From the NCBI GenBank assembly GCA_963662545.2, contig CAXXLL010000003.1, forward strand, positions 576,001-640,000: a stretch of DNA of 64,000 bases, written 5' to 3'. Source of the DNA: Gammaproteobacteria bacterium (GTDB lineage: Bacteria > Pseudomonadota > Gammaproteobacteria > Ga0077536). Shown piece by piece: positions 51,832 through 62,572 of the stretch (its first letter is position 1; each line of letters opens with the position of its first letter). The position numbers and the translations under genes were made by a program. The notes beneath the pieces were generated by a model. That model made no database searches and was not told the origin of the DNA. It saw only the letters and a list, made by a program, of their open reading frames with translations.

Positions 51832-54546
51832 TCACACACGCGTGGTGATGTCCGCGAGGCGCACGGCGACCGTGCCGGTGAGATTCCAGAACAGCTGCGC
51901 TGCTATGCGCGGGTAACGGGACTGGATCCGTTCGAGGCTTTCCTGGTTCAGCCACAACACGCGCACGTCCGTCATGGCATCGATGTTGGCAGAGCGTTTG
52001 CCGGTAAAGAGCGCGATTTCGCCAAACACTTCGCCCGCATGCATCGCGCGCAACACCCGGTTGCCCTCCGGTCGTCACACCTGGGCGACGACGACGCCCT
52101 CAATCAGAATGCAGATCTCGTTGCCCTCTTCGCCAAACGAGAGGATACGGTCACCCGGTTCGTAAGGTTCGATTCGCCCGAACAGGGCCGCGATCCTTGC
52201 CTGTCGGTGGGTAAGGCCCTTAAACAGGGGGATCTTCTTATGCGGTTCCGAACCGAGGTCGACGGTGAGCACTTCCCACAGGGTGACAAATCGCAGACCG
52301 CTGCTAAGCGCCGGGCTGAGGGTGAGATCGACCAGCCACGCAAAAAACAGCGTCACCGCCGCGAGGATTCCAAATTCGACCTGATTGCGCAGATCGCTGA
52401 CGAGGAGTGCCAGGAAACCGGCGCACAACGCAGCGGTAGTGAAGGTCACCGGCCGGATAACCGCAGCGATCGCTCGCTCGACACCGAGTTCCTCGTTGGC
52501 CAGCTTGCGGGATTCCGTATTGAACCGGGAGAAGTAGTGAATGCTGTCGTCCACCGCAATACCGAGCGCCACCGTCGCGACCAGGCTTGTTGCAAGATTG
52601 AGCGTAATTCCGGTGAAGCCGAGGATCCCGAAAAACGCCGCGATGGGTAGCAGATTAGGAATGAGCGCTACGGCGCCGACACGCAAAGATCCGAACAAGA
52701 TTGAAAGGATGAGATAAATGATAATGAGCGCGCCCGACAGGCTCAGGATCTGCCCACGCGTGATCTCGTCCATCGTCTGCGCAAGCAGCACCGAACTGCC
52801 GGTGACCTTGCCGCGCAGGTGTTCGGGCAGCTCCTGAAGCCGATCTTCGATGCGGGTGACGAGCGCAATAAGATCGTTCGAGCTGACCGCACTCGACTGG
52901 ACGTGCATGAGCGTGCTCTTGTAGCGCGCATCCGCGAATCGCTTCACATCGTCGCCCGCGCCCAGCGACAACAATTGATCGGCAAGGTTATAAGTCCCGG
53001 GAATTGCCTCTTCTGGCGCAATGTCGGGCACGAAGGTGAGGTACAACATGCGCATGTAATCAACAAAAGAGACCGCTCCCCCAACTTCGGGCTGACTCGT
53101 CACCCAACGCTGCAACTTATCCAGCTCCCGCAGAACTTCGGGATTTTTGAACACATTCGGCACATCGCTCTCGATCAATATCTGTAGCGGCACGGCGCCG
53201 GAAAATGATTTCCCGACCTCGGCGAAATTTCTCCGTATTTCGCTGTCGGCGGGAAAGTTGCGCAGGTAGTCGGTGCCGACCTTGATCTGGTTCGCATAAA
53301 CAACTGAGAACATCGCAACCAGAAAGCCGCCGGCGAAAATAATCTTGCGATTCTCGAGATCGAACTTCGACAACTTCGGAGCAAAGTCCAGCAAGGCGCT
53401 ACGGCCGGTGGAGAGCCGTTTACCCGCAGGCAGAAATCGCAGCCCAACCGGCACCAGCACCACTGCGCAAAGCCAGCTCAGAATAGTCCCGAGCGCAGAG
53501 AACATCCCGAATACCTGGATAGTTTCGATATTGCTCGTCATCAACGAAATAAAGCCGACGCCCGTCGTAAAAGCCGTAAGGGTCAACGGCACGAATACCT
53601 CGCCCAGGGAATGCTTTATCGCCGCGATCTTCTCGTGCCCGGCGGCCAGCGCCCGTTCGAAATCGCTGATGACATGCACCGCATAGGCGAATCCGACGAC
53701 AAATACCACCGGCGGCATGATGACGGTGACAAAGTTGAGCGCGTAACCGGCGCGAATAAAGATCGCTATCGTGATCAGCAGCGAAATGCCATTGACGATC
53801 AGAGGCAACAAGACGCCGGGGAGCGAACGCAAGCCGATCATGCTGACCATGAAGGTCGCAAGGACGGCGAGCGGAAACACGATCTGAATATCAGCAAATA
53901 GGGTGCGGCCGGTTTCGAGACGTGCGACGATCGGGCCGGTCACGAATTGTTCAACATCCCCCGCCTCCTCCCGCGAGGCCAAGGCTATCGCATCGACCTT
54001 GCCGCCGAGTGCCGCCGTATCGAGAGTCGGATCGAAGTGCACGGCCAGCACCGCACCGCGACCGTCAGATGAAACGAGAGTGCCGATGTAGAGCGGATTG
54101 GAAAGGGCATCGTCCTTCAAGCCGCGTGCTTGCTCCATGTCGGCCGGAAGCATCTCGAGAAACGGGCCGATCTCAGTGAAATCTTCCTCTGCGCGCACGT
54201 ACGTCGCCGACGCAAGGCTGTCGACTGCCAGGATGCCGGGCAACTTCTCCAGCCTGCGTGTCAGTCGTTTAAGTGCGGCCAAACGCTCCGGTGTAAACAG
54301 ATCATCCGCAAGCCAAACGACGATAAGCACGTCGTCGCCGACAAATTTATCGCGTACATACGTGTAGACCTTCAGCGCCGGTCCTTCGGCCGGCAACAGG
54401 TTTTCTATCGACGAATCGATACTTACCCTGATCTGGCGATTCTGCAGATCAATAGCTTCGTTAAACGCGAAGAAGGTAATGACGAACGCAAAAAAAACGA
54501 CCACGTAAGGGTGGTCGACCAGCCCGTTCAGAAGCTTGGAAATCAA
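51832..54546 (-). CDS. MMPL/RND-family transporter with C-terminal cNMP-binding domain, interrupted by an in-frame UGA at 52077-52075
   Basis: Two MMPL repeats (GIAVDDSIH); ...EGVVVAQV-UGA-RPEGNRVLRAMHAGEVFGEIAL...RSANIDA. Confidence 0.8.
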
Positions 54547-54562
54547 AAGATGCCGTCAGTGT

Positions 54563-55375
54563 TCAGAGCGCCATTCCCAGGCGTTTCGGATGGAAGATGC
54601 CGTCGCTCAATTCGACATCAATCTCGATGTTCTCGAGAATCAGTTCTGTCCGCGTGTTCTTTTTCCGATCGTGCATGACCACGTGATGTGGGACATAACG
54701 ATCACTGACCTGTTTGATCTCATCCAGCGTGGCGAGCAATTCCTTACTCAGGTCGCCATTAACGTCGAAAAACTGCGTTTGCAAGGGGATGCAACGGGCT
54801 TGATCGACGAAGGTGAGTATCCGGCTGTAGACGGAGTCGGCGCCGCCCGGCGTGGTCTCCAGCACGTAGGCAGGCACACCGTTGACCGATTGGTCCTCGA
54901 TGCGTTTGGTATCAGTCTCGGCCGCCGTTTTCTGAAATTGAGAGAACTCCTCGTAGCTGAAATCCGTACCCATCATCGAGGTCGCAATTTGTTTGCCGGT
55001 GACACGACGCGTACGGTCCAGATCCGGTACGTACAGGTACATTTTCGGTTCCAGGGAATCGCTTTCAACCATCAGCACCGCGAGGCCCTTGCGACTCGCG
55101 GGGGCCGTCAAGCGGATCACGGCACGTGACTTGTCACCTTCGGCACGACGCCAGTACATGTTGCCAGCCGATTCTTCGATGAGACCGGATTCATCAAACG
55201 AGCGCAGAGTGATGATCTGGGTCAACGATATTTCGGGCATCAATTTGTCGATACAGGCCTGAATCGCCGGGTCGGATATCGTTGGCAGATCGGCTGCCAC
55301 TAAAATCGCCGACACGAACGCCGATGACAGGAGCACAATGACCCGCGCGGAGCGGGAAGGTCGTGGTGTAGACAT
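54563..55375 (-). CDS. LolA-like outer membrane lipoprotein-sorting protein
   Basis: Signal peptide, APASRKG, YLYVPDL.RTRR, MGTDFSYEE. Confidence 0.85.
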   Translation of the reverse strand: MSTPRPSRSARVIVLLSSAFVSAILVAADLPTISDPAIQACIDKLMPEISLTQIITLRSFDESGLIEESAGNMYWRRAEGDKSRAVIRLTAPASRKGLAVLMVESDSLEPKMYLYVPDLDRTRRVTGKQIATSMMGTDFSYEEFSQFQKTAAETDTKRIEDQSVNGVPAYVLETTPGGADSVYSRILTFVDQARCIPLQTQFFDVNGDLSKELLATLDEIKQVSDRYVPHHVVMHDRKKNTRTELILENIEIDVELSDGIFHPKRLGMAL

Positions 55376-55480
55376 CGCAAGAGAGCCGTTGTTGCTTTTA
55401 GTATACGAAGAATAAAAGCCCCTATCCTTAAAGTCCACGGCGTTCGTACACTGATTTTACGGATACCGCAGAATAGGCTC

Positions 55481-55640
55481 CGGACTTCCCCCACAACAGT
55501 AGACACGTCCGGCCTGATATTTGAGCTCAGGAGGAGGCCCTGTTAGCAGGCAAAGATACGCACCAGAACTTGCGTACGAAGCGGATCGTCAGATTACGGA
55601 TCGCGGCTTTTTCAATCGCCGTAGTTTCGGTGTGGTGGCA
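55481..55640 (+). pseudogene. IS3-family left end and decayed orfA
   Basis: GGACTTCCCCCACAACAGTAGACAC IR-like end, GGAGG RBS, RQRYAPELAYEADRQITDRGF. Confidence 0.55.
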
Positions 55641-57175
55641 GGTCGATAGGCCACCCTGACCTAATATCAGTTACGATACCTTAGAACTTTTCTTCATCGA
55701 AGGGGTGGCTTAGTTATCGCGCAATTCCTAGTCTCGCCCCAAAGAATGAGCCGCCATGCCAGGAGAACACACTGATAAAACAACGACCGGCGTAGTACGA
55801 CGACTCTCCGCCATCTTCAGTACTGACGTGCAAGGATATAGCCGTCTCATGGGTGATGACGAAGAGGCGACTATCCGGACCTTGACGGACTATCGCGAAG
55901 TTCTTTCCTCGATGATCCAGCAGCATAACGGTCGGGTCGTTGATTCACCTGGAGATAATTTGCTGGCCGAGTTTGCGAGTGCGGTCGATGCTGTCCGTTG
56001 TGGCGCGGCCGCCCAGAAAAAATTGGCAGCAAGAAATGCGGCTTTGCCTGAATCGCGGAAAATGCACTTTCGCATTGGCATCAACGTTGGCGATGTTGTC
56101 GTTGAAGCCGAGCGGATCTACGGCGATGGGGTGAATATTGCCGCTCGTATCGAGGGGCTGGCCGACGGCGGTGGGGTCTGTATCTCCGGTACCGTGTATG
56201 ACCAGGTCGAGGGCAAGCTCGATTTTTCGTATCAACCCCTGGGTGAGCAGGCATTAAAGAATATTGCCAAACTGATCCGCGTCTACCGCGTTATTGCAGA
56301 CCCCGCGGTGATCGAACAATCCGAGGTAGAAACTAGGGGTCCTTCCGCAACGCCGCCGGACCAGCGTCCTGCGTTACCGGATAAACCTTCGATTGCCGTT
56401 CTGCCGTTCGTAAATCGCAGTCAAGATCCGGATCAAGAGTATTTCAGCGACGGTATGACCGAAGACCTGATTACCGATCTATCGAAGATCTCAGGCTTAT
56501 TCGTTATCTCCCGCAATTCTGTCTTCTCGTACAAAGGCGCAGCGGTACGACATGAAGAGGTAAGTAAAGAACTCGGCGTGCGCTACATTCTTGAAGGCAG
56601 TGTGCGCAAAGCGGGCAATCGTATCCGCATTACGGCTCAGCTAATTGACGCCACGACCGACTACCATTTATGGGCCGAGCGTTACGACCGGCAGCTTGAC
56701 GATATTTTCGCGCTCCAGGATGAAGTCATCCAGCACATCGTATCTGCCTTAGCAATACAGCTTACAACTGGAGAACAGGCTCGGGTGGGTACCGCACCCA
56801 CCCAGAATCTTGAGGCGTATGACGCCTTCGTGCGCGGACGAGAAGAATATGCCCGCCGCGATAGGGAAGCGAATCTTCAGTCGCGCGAACTTTTTCAACA
56901 GGCAATAGAATTAGATCCGGAATACGCCGAAGCTTACGCGTATCTCGGACGCACGTATCTCACCGAGCTGATTAACCAGTGGAGTTCCGATCCCGAAATC
57001 ATCGAGAAAATATTCGCTTTCGGGCAGAAAGCGGTCGAACTAAATGAAAGTCAACCCACGGCGCACGAAACACTGGCTTACGCCTTACTCGCGAAAAGGG
57101 AGCACGACGAGGCGATCGCCGAAGCTCGGAAAGCTATTAGCTATGACCCCAATTTTGCCGAGGCCTATATAAGTT

Positions 57176-58560
57176 GGGTCTACGCGGAAACGTGTGGATT
57201 GATATTGGCATTTCTGGGTAGTGGCGGAAGAAATGCCGCAATGATTTTCAGTTTGAGGAATTCCTCATCACGATAGCCATAGGCGCGTCGTTGCAGGACC
57301 CGGATTTTGTTGTTGACCCCTTCGACCAATCCAAGACTGACTTTATTCTTAGCATCACAATAGGAAGCAATGCCATCCCAATGGGATTCAATCAGCTCAG
57401 CAAACTTGCGATACGGCGCCAATCGCTGCCATTTCAGACTGTCCTTCCAGCGCTCGAAAAAGGCACGCGCGCCGCGCTCGGTACGGTAGTCCCAGAGTTG
57501 GCCGAAGGTTTCCTTGAGGACGTAGGCGGTGTTCAGACGCCGGTTGGCCTGGAGCAGTTTTTTCAGGGCTCGTCTGCCATCCAGATTCAGGTTCTCGCGT
57601 CGCGAGAGCAAGGTATATCGCTGGCCTTTGATGTAACTCCTGTCCTTGCCGCGGAGACGTTTGTATTCACGGCGCCGGACTTCATCGAGAGCCTTTGAGA
57701 GGTGGCGCATGATATGGAACTTGTCATAGATGATCCGCGCCTGCGGTGCGTTGTTCATGACCGAGTTACGGAACGGCTTCCACATGTCCATCGCCGCCAG
57801 TTCGATGCGAGCGCTCTTGTTCTCGCCCAATGCCTGGAAAAACAGGTCGATGTCAGCCTCTTTGCGACCTTCACCACCGACCCAGATAGGACGCCCCCGA
57901 TCCAGGTCACTGACGATGACCCGGTAGTTATGTCCTTTGCGGATGGAGATCTCATCAATACCGATGGCCCGGGGTGCTGGCATGCCCGCCAGCTCAACCT
58001 GCTTTTGCATGTACAGCTTATCGAGGTCTTTCACCGTGCTGTGGTGCAGGCGTTCCCTCTCGGCGACAGCCTGGTTCGGCATGTCCCGGCACAGCTTGCC
58101 CACCTGCATGGCAAAGCGCTGCGTATAGCGAGGGTTCTTTGCCAGCCAGTCAAGATGTTCTACCTGCACGCCGCCGCACCTCCGGCAACTGACACGCCAG
58201 CGTTCGAACTCCAGGTAGATTCGCCATCCGGCAACTGACAGGTCTCGTACTCGCAGCACCTTCTTGTCGTAACGCCCGCGGCACCGGTGAGCACAGTGAG
58301 AACAGATCGCTGTTTTTTTCGCCTCTTGAGTTGGATCACACGGGCATACCGATCACCAAACATGCCCACCAATTTCGATGCGGCGGTAAAACCAGGGAAC
58401 GCAAACAGCGCTCGGATCGACTTGGGATTCTTCATGGCCTTAGCCTACCCACAAAATGAAACCACTTTCACCCCATACGAAATCTCTGAATGTCTACATG
58501 ATTTCAATGGTTTACACTTGGTCTAATTCAGAATTTACCCACATGAATCCGCGTAGACCC
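57176..58560 (-). mobile_element. ISL3-family insertion sequence
   Basis: Terminal IR GGGTCTACGCGGA; target duplication ATAAGTT at 57169-57175 and 58562-58568 (8 bp with one mismatch). Confidence 0.92.
57180..58435 (-). CDS. ISL3 transposase encoded in two frames joined by a -1 frameshift near 58313-58319
   Basis: IGIDE, MDMW, YDKFH and EGVNNKI..QRRAYG motifs; the frameshift restores the CSHC...CRRC zinc finger. Confidence 0.85.
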
Positions 58561-59053
58561 GATAAGTTTAGCGGAAATCCTGAGTTTTGCGGGGCAGGCG
58601 CGCGAAGCTATACCGCTTATCGAGCAAGCAATGCGCCTCAATCCACGCTACACGCCCAACTATCTGTGGGCATTAGGTAACGCACATAGGCTGCTCGGAA
58701 ATTATGATCAGGCGATCCCCATTTTCAAACGTGTAGTCACACGAAACCCGGATCACCTCGTCTCGTATCTCATGCTCGCCGCATCCTATATTGAGACAGG
58801 CCGTATCGAGGCCGCGCAAGCTGCAGCGCAAGAGATCTTACGCATCAGCCCTAATTATTCGCTTGAACTGGCGCACGGACGCTCGCCATATCGAGATGCA
58901 GAAGTCGTTGAGCTCCAGTATGAGAGTTTGCGTCAAGCCGGGTTGGAGTAGGCATGTTGGAATGCGGTCGACGTAGTTTTTGGAAATAGAGATATTTCGC
59001 AAATTGAATTTCCGGACACCTATAATCCCGAAACGCTGCACCAGGGACTTGGG

Positions 59054-59176
59054 GTCTTGCCTTTTGCCTACTTCAAATAAAACGAGAAAACCGTAAATCC
59101 CATTGGGACATGCATGTGCACGGCAGGTTTATATGTTCGGACGACCGATTCACAGGCAAAAGGCAAGACTTGACCC
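59054..59176. repeat. REP-like doublet
   Basis: 16-bp perfect IR GTCTTGCCTTTTGCCT / AGGCAAAAGGCAAGAC, followed by TTGACCC. Confidence 0.6.
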
Positions 59177-59226
59177 TAGGATCACGGTCCCCGTTTGACG
59201 ACCTATAGCTATTTTTTGCCGCCCCT

Positions 59227-59976
59227 TCAGGCACCGAACCCGATCCGACCTATTCCCGGCAACTTGATCGCCGGACGCAGTGGGTCGATCCCGAACACCA
59301 AGCCGAAGATGTTGACCTCCAGACCTTCGGTCTTCGCGGCAAGAATACCCAGTGCGCCGCCCAGCGAGACCTGCCCGCCCGTCCCGCTCGGCGCGCGCCC
59401 GATCAACGCGCCGCCGGAGAGGTAATCCTTGCCTATCGCCGTCGTCGGCAATTCGAGATTTAGAGCCGGGATCTGGCGTGCGACGAACGCAACGAAGGTG
59501 TTGCTGTTCGGCCCCGGCCACAAGCGGTATTCATCCGTATAAGGGTAGCTGGCGACCGCGGCCTCGATGTCACCGATTAGGGAGGCGGCCCACGCGCCGC
59601 GCAAATCCAGAATGATGCGCGGCTCCGCTTCGTACCAACGGCGATCGGGCAGGTCGAACTTAGAGTCGACCAAAGATCGCCCATACCACAGGTTCCAGCC
59701 CAGCACTTGATGTACCTTGTATTGGTCGGCGTCCGGGGCCTTTGTTGCGATCCAAGTGTGCACCGCGAACAAGCCACGCCAGCTGAACGCCCGCGCCGCG
59801 TATACCTGGATCACGGCTTCGCTGGTCGTCACTGGATCAGGTGCGAGCCCGACGCTGTCGCGGTTCGCTGTACGCCAGTCGGCATTCAGGCTGATCGCGC
59901 CGCTCACTGCGATCAGTGCCGGACCTGAGAGTATCACCGTCATGAAAAGGACCAATCGTCGCAGCCATTTAAGCAT
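59227..59976 (-). CDS. DUF3750 domain protein
   Basis: VYAARAFSWRG..AVHTWI, WPGPNSNTF and PTTAIGKDY motifs; ATG at 59976. Confidence 0.85.
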   Translation of the reverse strand: MLKWLRRLVLFMTVILSGPALIAVSGAISLNADWRTANRDSVGLAPDPVTTSEAVIQVYAARAFSWRGLFAVHTWIATKAPDADQYKVHQVLGWNLWYGRSLVDSKFDLPDRRWYEAEPRIILDLRGAWAASLIGDIEAAVASYPYTDEYRLWPGPNSNTFVAFVARQIPALNLELPTTAIGKDYLSGGALIGRAPSGTGGQVSLGGALGILAAKTEGLEVNIFGLVFGIDPLRPAIKLPGIGRIGFGA

Positions 59977-60140
59977 TGCCCAATGATAATACGGATCATG
60001 TCCGTGATAACGTTTACTGATGCTCAGGTCTGCAGGAACAGGCTTGCTGAGTTCCCTCCGGGGAACAAACGCGTCCGAAGTCAGGTCTGACCGGAACGGA
60101 CCACGATGCCCCCCGAATCTTAAATTCGATACACTCAGCA

Positions 60141-60776
60141 ATGATTGACGTCCGACGCCGCCGCATATCGATGGGCGCGATCGCCTGCTTGTTGTCGGTG
60201 GGTGCCTGCGGGCGCGACCTGCTCGACCCGACACCAGGCCAGCCCCGCGGCCCCTTCTACCCGCACGCGTTGCCGATGGATGACGACAACGACCTGACGC
60301 AGGTAGTGGGCCACGACGGACGTGCCTCGGGAAAGATCTGCGATCTGGACGGCCGCCTGCTCGACATGAACGGCGAGCGGGTGCCGAATACACGGATCGA
60401 GATCTGGCAGTGCGATGCGAACGGGCGTTATCACTATTCCCGGGACCGACGGCCCGAGGCTGCGGATCCACGTTTTCAGGGTCACGGCCACACCGTAACC
60501 GACCGAGACGGGCGTTACCGCTTCAGGACCATACGACCGGTCCGCTACCCGGGCCGAACGCCGCACATCCATTTCGCCGTCGTTCCCCGCGGCCTGCGAC
60601 CCTTCACGACTCAGCTCTACGTCGCGGGCGAACCGCAGAACGATCGCGATCCGCTCTACCGTCGCATTCCGATCACGGCGCGGCACCTTGTCATCGCTGA
60701 TTTCCTTCCCGCCGAGACGCCGGGCACCGATTTCCGCGTCACCTACGACATCGTTCTTGGATTTACAGAAGCGTGA
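60141..60776 (+). CDS. Intradiol dioxygenase-like protein (protocatechuate 3,4-dioxygenase family), probably exported
   Basis: GPFYP, EIWQCDANGRY and YPGRTPHIH motifs; RRR plus hydrophobic leader. Confidence 0.85.
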   Translation: MIDVRRRRISMGAIACLLSVGACGRDLLDPTPGQPRGPFYPHALPMDDDNDLTQVVGHDGRASGKICDLDGRLLDMNGERVPNTRIEIWQCDANGRYHYSRDRRPEAADPRFQGHGHTVTDRDGRYRFRTIRPVRYPGRTPHIHFAVVPRGLRPFTTQLYVAGEPQNDRDPLYRRIPITARHLVIADFLPAETPGTDFRVTYDIVLGFTEA

Positions 60777-60869
60777 GAACGAAACCGCACACGATCTTCA
60801 AGGACTTGGTCTTAATCGGCGACGACCAAGTCACCTGGCGGTGCTGCGCGGAAATACGGGGGCATTTAG

Positions 60870-62572
60870 CTAGTGTGCATCCCTAAACGCGATGCGGTTG
60901 AAATAAAAAGGAAAATTTGTCGCTTAAGGGATCGAAACCTCCGGTGGGTCGTGATCTAATGGAACTTCAAACCTCTGATTTTCCACACAATCATCGACAC
61001 CACAGGAGGGGGAATGCGTCAGAAACGCACGGCCCAAGCGAGTATATACGAGCTGTTTGCTGACCATGACCTGGGGCGAGAGCTGCAGGGCATGTCCGAG
61101 TGGCTCGATGCTCACCCCAAGGTCCTCACGCCGGTCATGAACGATCTGTGTCGGCGGGGTTTGAAGCCCACCGGTCGACGCGGACTGTCGGCGGAGTCGG
61201 TGCTGCGCTGCGCGGTGCTCAAGCAGCACCGGCAATTGAGTTACGAGGAGCTGGCCTTTCACCTGCAGGACTCGGCGAGCTTTCAGGCCTTCGCCCGGTT
61301 GCCGGGTAATGAACGTCCGAAGAAGTCTGCCTTACAGCGGGTGGTCTCGGCGATCCAGGTATCGACGTGGGAGTCTATTCATCGCGCCCTGCTGGCGACG
61401 GCGAAAGAGACGCGCATTGAGCCGGCACAGCGTGTACGGATTGATAGCACGGTAACGGACAGTGCCATCCACGCGCCGAGCGACAGTCATCTGCTGTGGG
61501 ATGGCGTGCGTGTTGTGGTTCGTCTGCTCGCACAGGCGCGCGAGTTGCCTGGCGCGCCGGAGTTGTGCTTCGTGAACCACACTCGATTGGCGAAGAAGCG
61601 TGCGCGGGCGCTGTGGTATGCGCGTGGTGCGAAGCAACGCCAACGTCTGTATCGCGATTTGATTGGGGCGACGCGTTCAACCTTGGAAGCGGTAGCGAGG
61701 GTACGTGAGCAGCTGCTGAGCCCGGGCGTCACCGGCGTTGAACTGCCGGACTGGCTAGCGCAGGTAGCGCACTACGAAACACTTGTTCTGCAGGTGATTT
61801 CGCAAACTGAGCGGCGGGTGTTCGGCGGTGAGAAGGTCCCCGCGAGCGAGAAGTGCGTGAGCTTGTTCGAGCCGCATACCGACATCATCATAAAGGGTGC
61901 GCGCGACGTTCAGTACGGACACAAAATCAATCTGGCTTCGGGGCGCAGTGGCCTCATCCTCGACGTGGTCATCGAGCGAGGCAATCCGGTCGATAGTCAG
62001 CGCTTCATGCCGATGCTCGAACGGCATCGAACACACTACGGGACGATGCCACGACAGGTCGCCGCCGATGGCGGCTATGCGAGCCTCGACAATCTCCGGG
62101 CGGCGAAAGCAGAAGGCATCGAAGACGTTGCCTTCCACAAGAAGCGCGGGCTCGCGATCGCCGACATGGTCAAGAGTCAGTGGGTCTATCGACGCTTGCG
62201 CAACTTCCGCGCCGGCATCGAGGCCGGTATCTCCTGCCTGAAGCGTGCATACGGATTGGCACGTTGCACCTGGAAGAGCCTGCCGCACTTCGAAGCCTAC
62301 GTGTGGTCTTCTGTGGTCGCCTACAACCTCAGCCTGCTCGCGCGCTATCAACTCGAATAGCGACGTTCACTCGCACTAACTGACCTCCTCGATATCGTCG
62401 AACGGGCGACTTTGGGTTGCAACGCTCTGCGGCCGGCGAACGTACTCACAATTACGCTCGAAGAGCCCTTCGACCCCCACCGAACCGCCGCTACCGCTCC
62501 AACAACCTACTTTCAACACCTCGATTTCTCCGTGCCCATCGAAGAAAATGCCTGTTTATGGACGGACACTAG
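60870..62572 (+). mobile_element. Insertion sequence (ISNCY/IS5-like) flanked by CTAG
   Basis: CTAGTGTGCATCCCTAAAC / GTTTATGGACGGACACTAG inverted ends. Confidence 0.88.
61014..62360 (+). CDS. DDE transposase
   Basis: RIDSTV, SLFEPHTDII, ADGGY and FRAGIEAGISCLKR motifs. Confidence 0.93.
   Translation: MRQKRTAQASIYELFADHDLGRELQGMSEWLDAHPKVLTPVMNDLCRRGLKPTGRRGLSAESVLRCAVLKQHRQLSYEELAFHLQDSASFQAFARLPGNERPKKSALQRVVSAIQVSTWESIHRALLATAKETRIEPAQRVRIDSTVTDSAIHAPSDSHLLWDGVRVVVRLLAQARELPGAPELCFVNHTRLAKKRARALWYARGAKQRQRLYRDLIGATRSTLEAVARVREQLLSPGVTGVELPDWLAQVAHYETLVLQVISQTERRVFGGEKVPASEKCVSLFEPHTDIIIKGARDVQYGHKINLASGRSGLILDVVIERGNPVDSQRFMPMLERHRTHYGTMPRQVAADGGYASLDNLRAAKAEGIEDVAFHKKRGLAIADMVKSQWVYRRLRNFRAGIEAGISCLKRAYGLARCTWKSLPHFEAYVWSSVVAYNLSLLARYQLE

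Larger units (their letters stand above)
55756..58951 (+). pseudogene. Class III nucleotidyl cyclase-TolB_N-TPR gene interrupted by ISL3 (segments 55756-57175 and 58569-58951)
   Basis: Removing the IS restores AEAYISLAEILSFAGQAREAIPLIEQAMRLNPRY; DVQGYS, GDGVNIAAR and KPSIAVLPF motifs. Confidence 0.9.

Noticed and set aside
59977-60471. Long N-terminal extension of the DUF3750 ORF
   Set aside because: It is Arg-rich antisense translation of the dioxygenase gene
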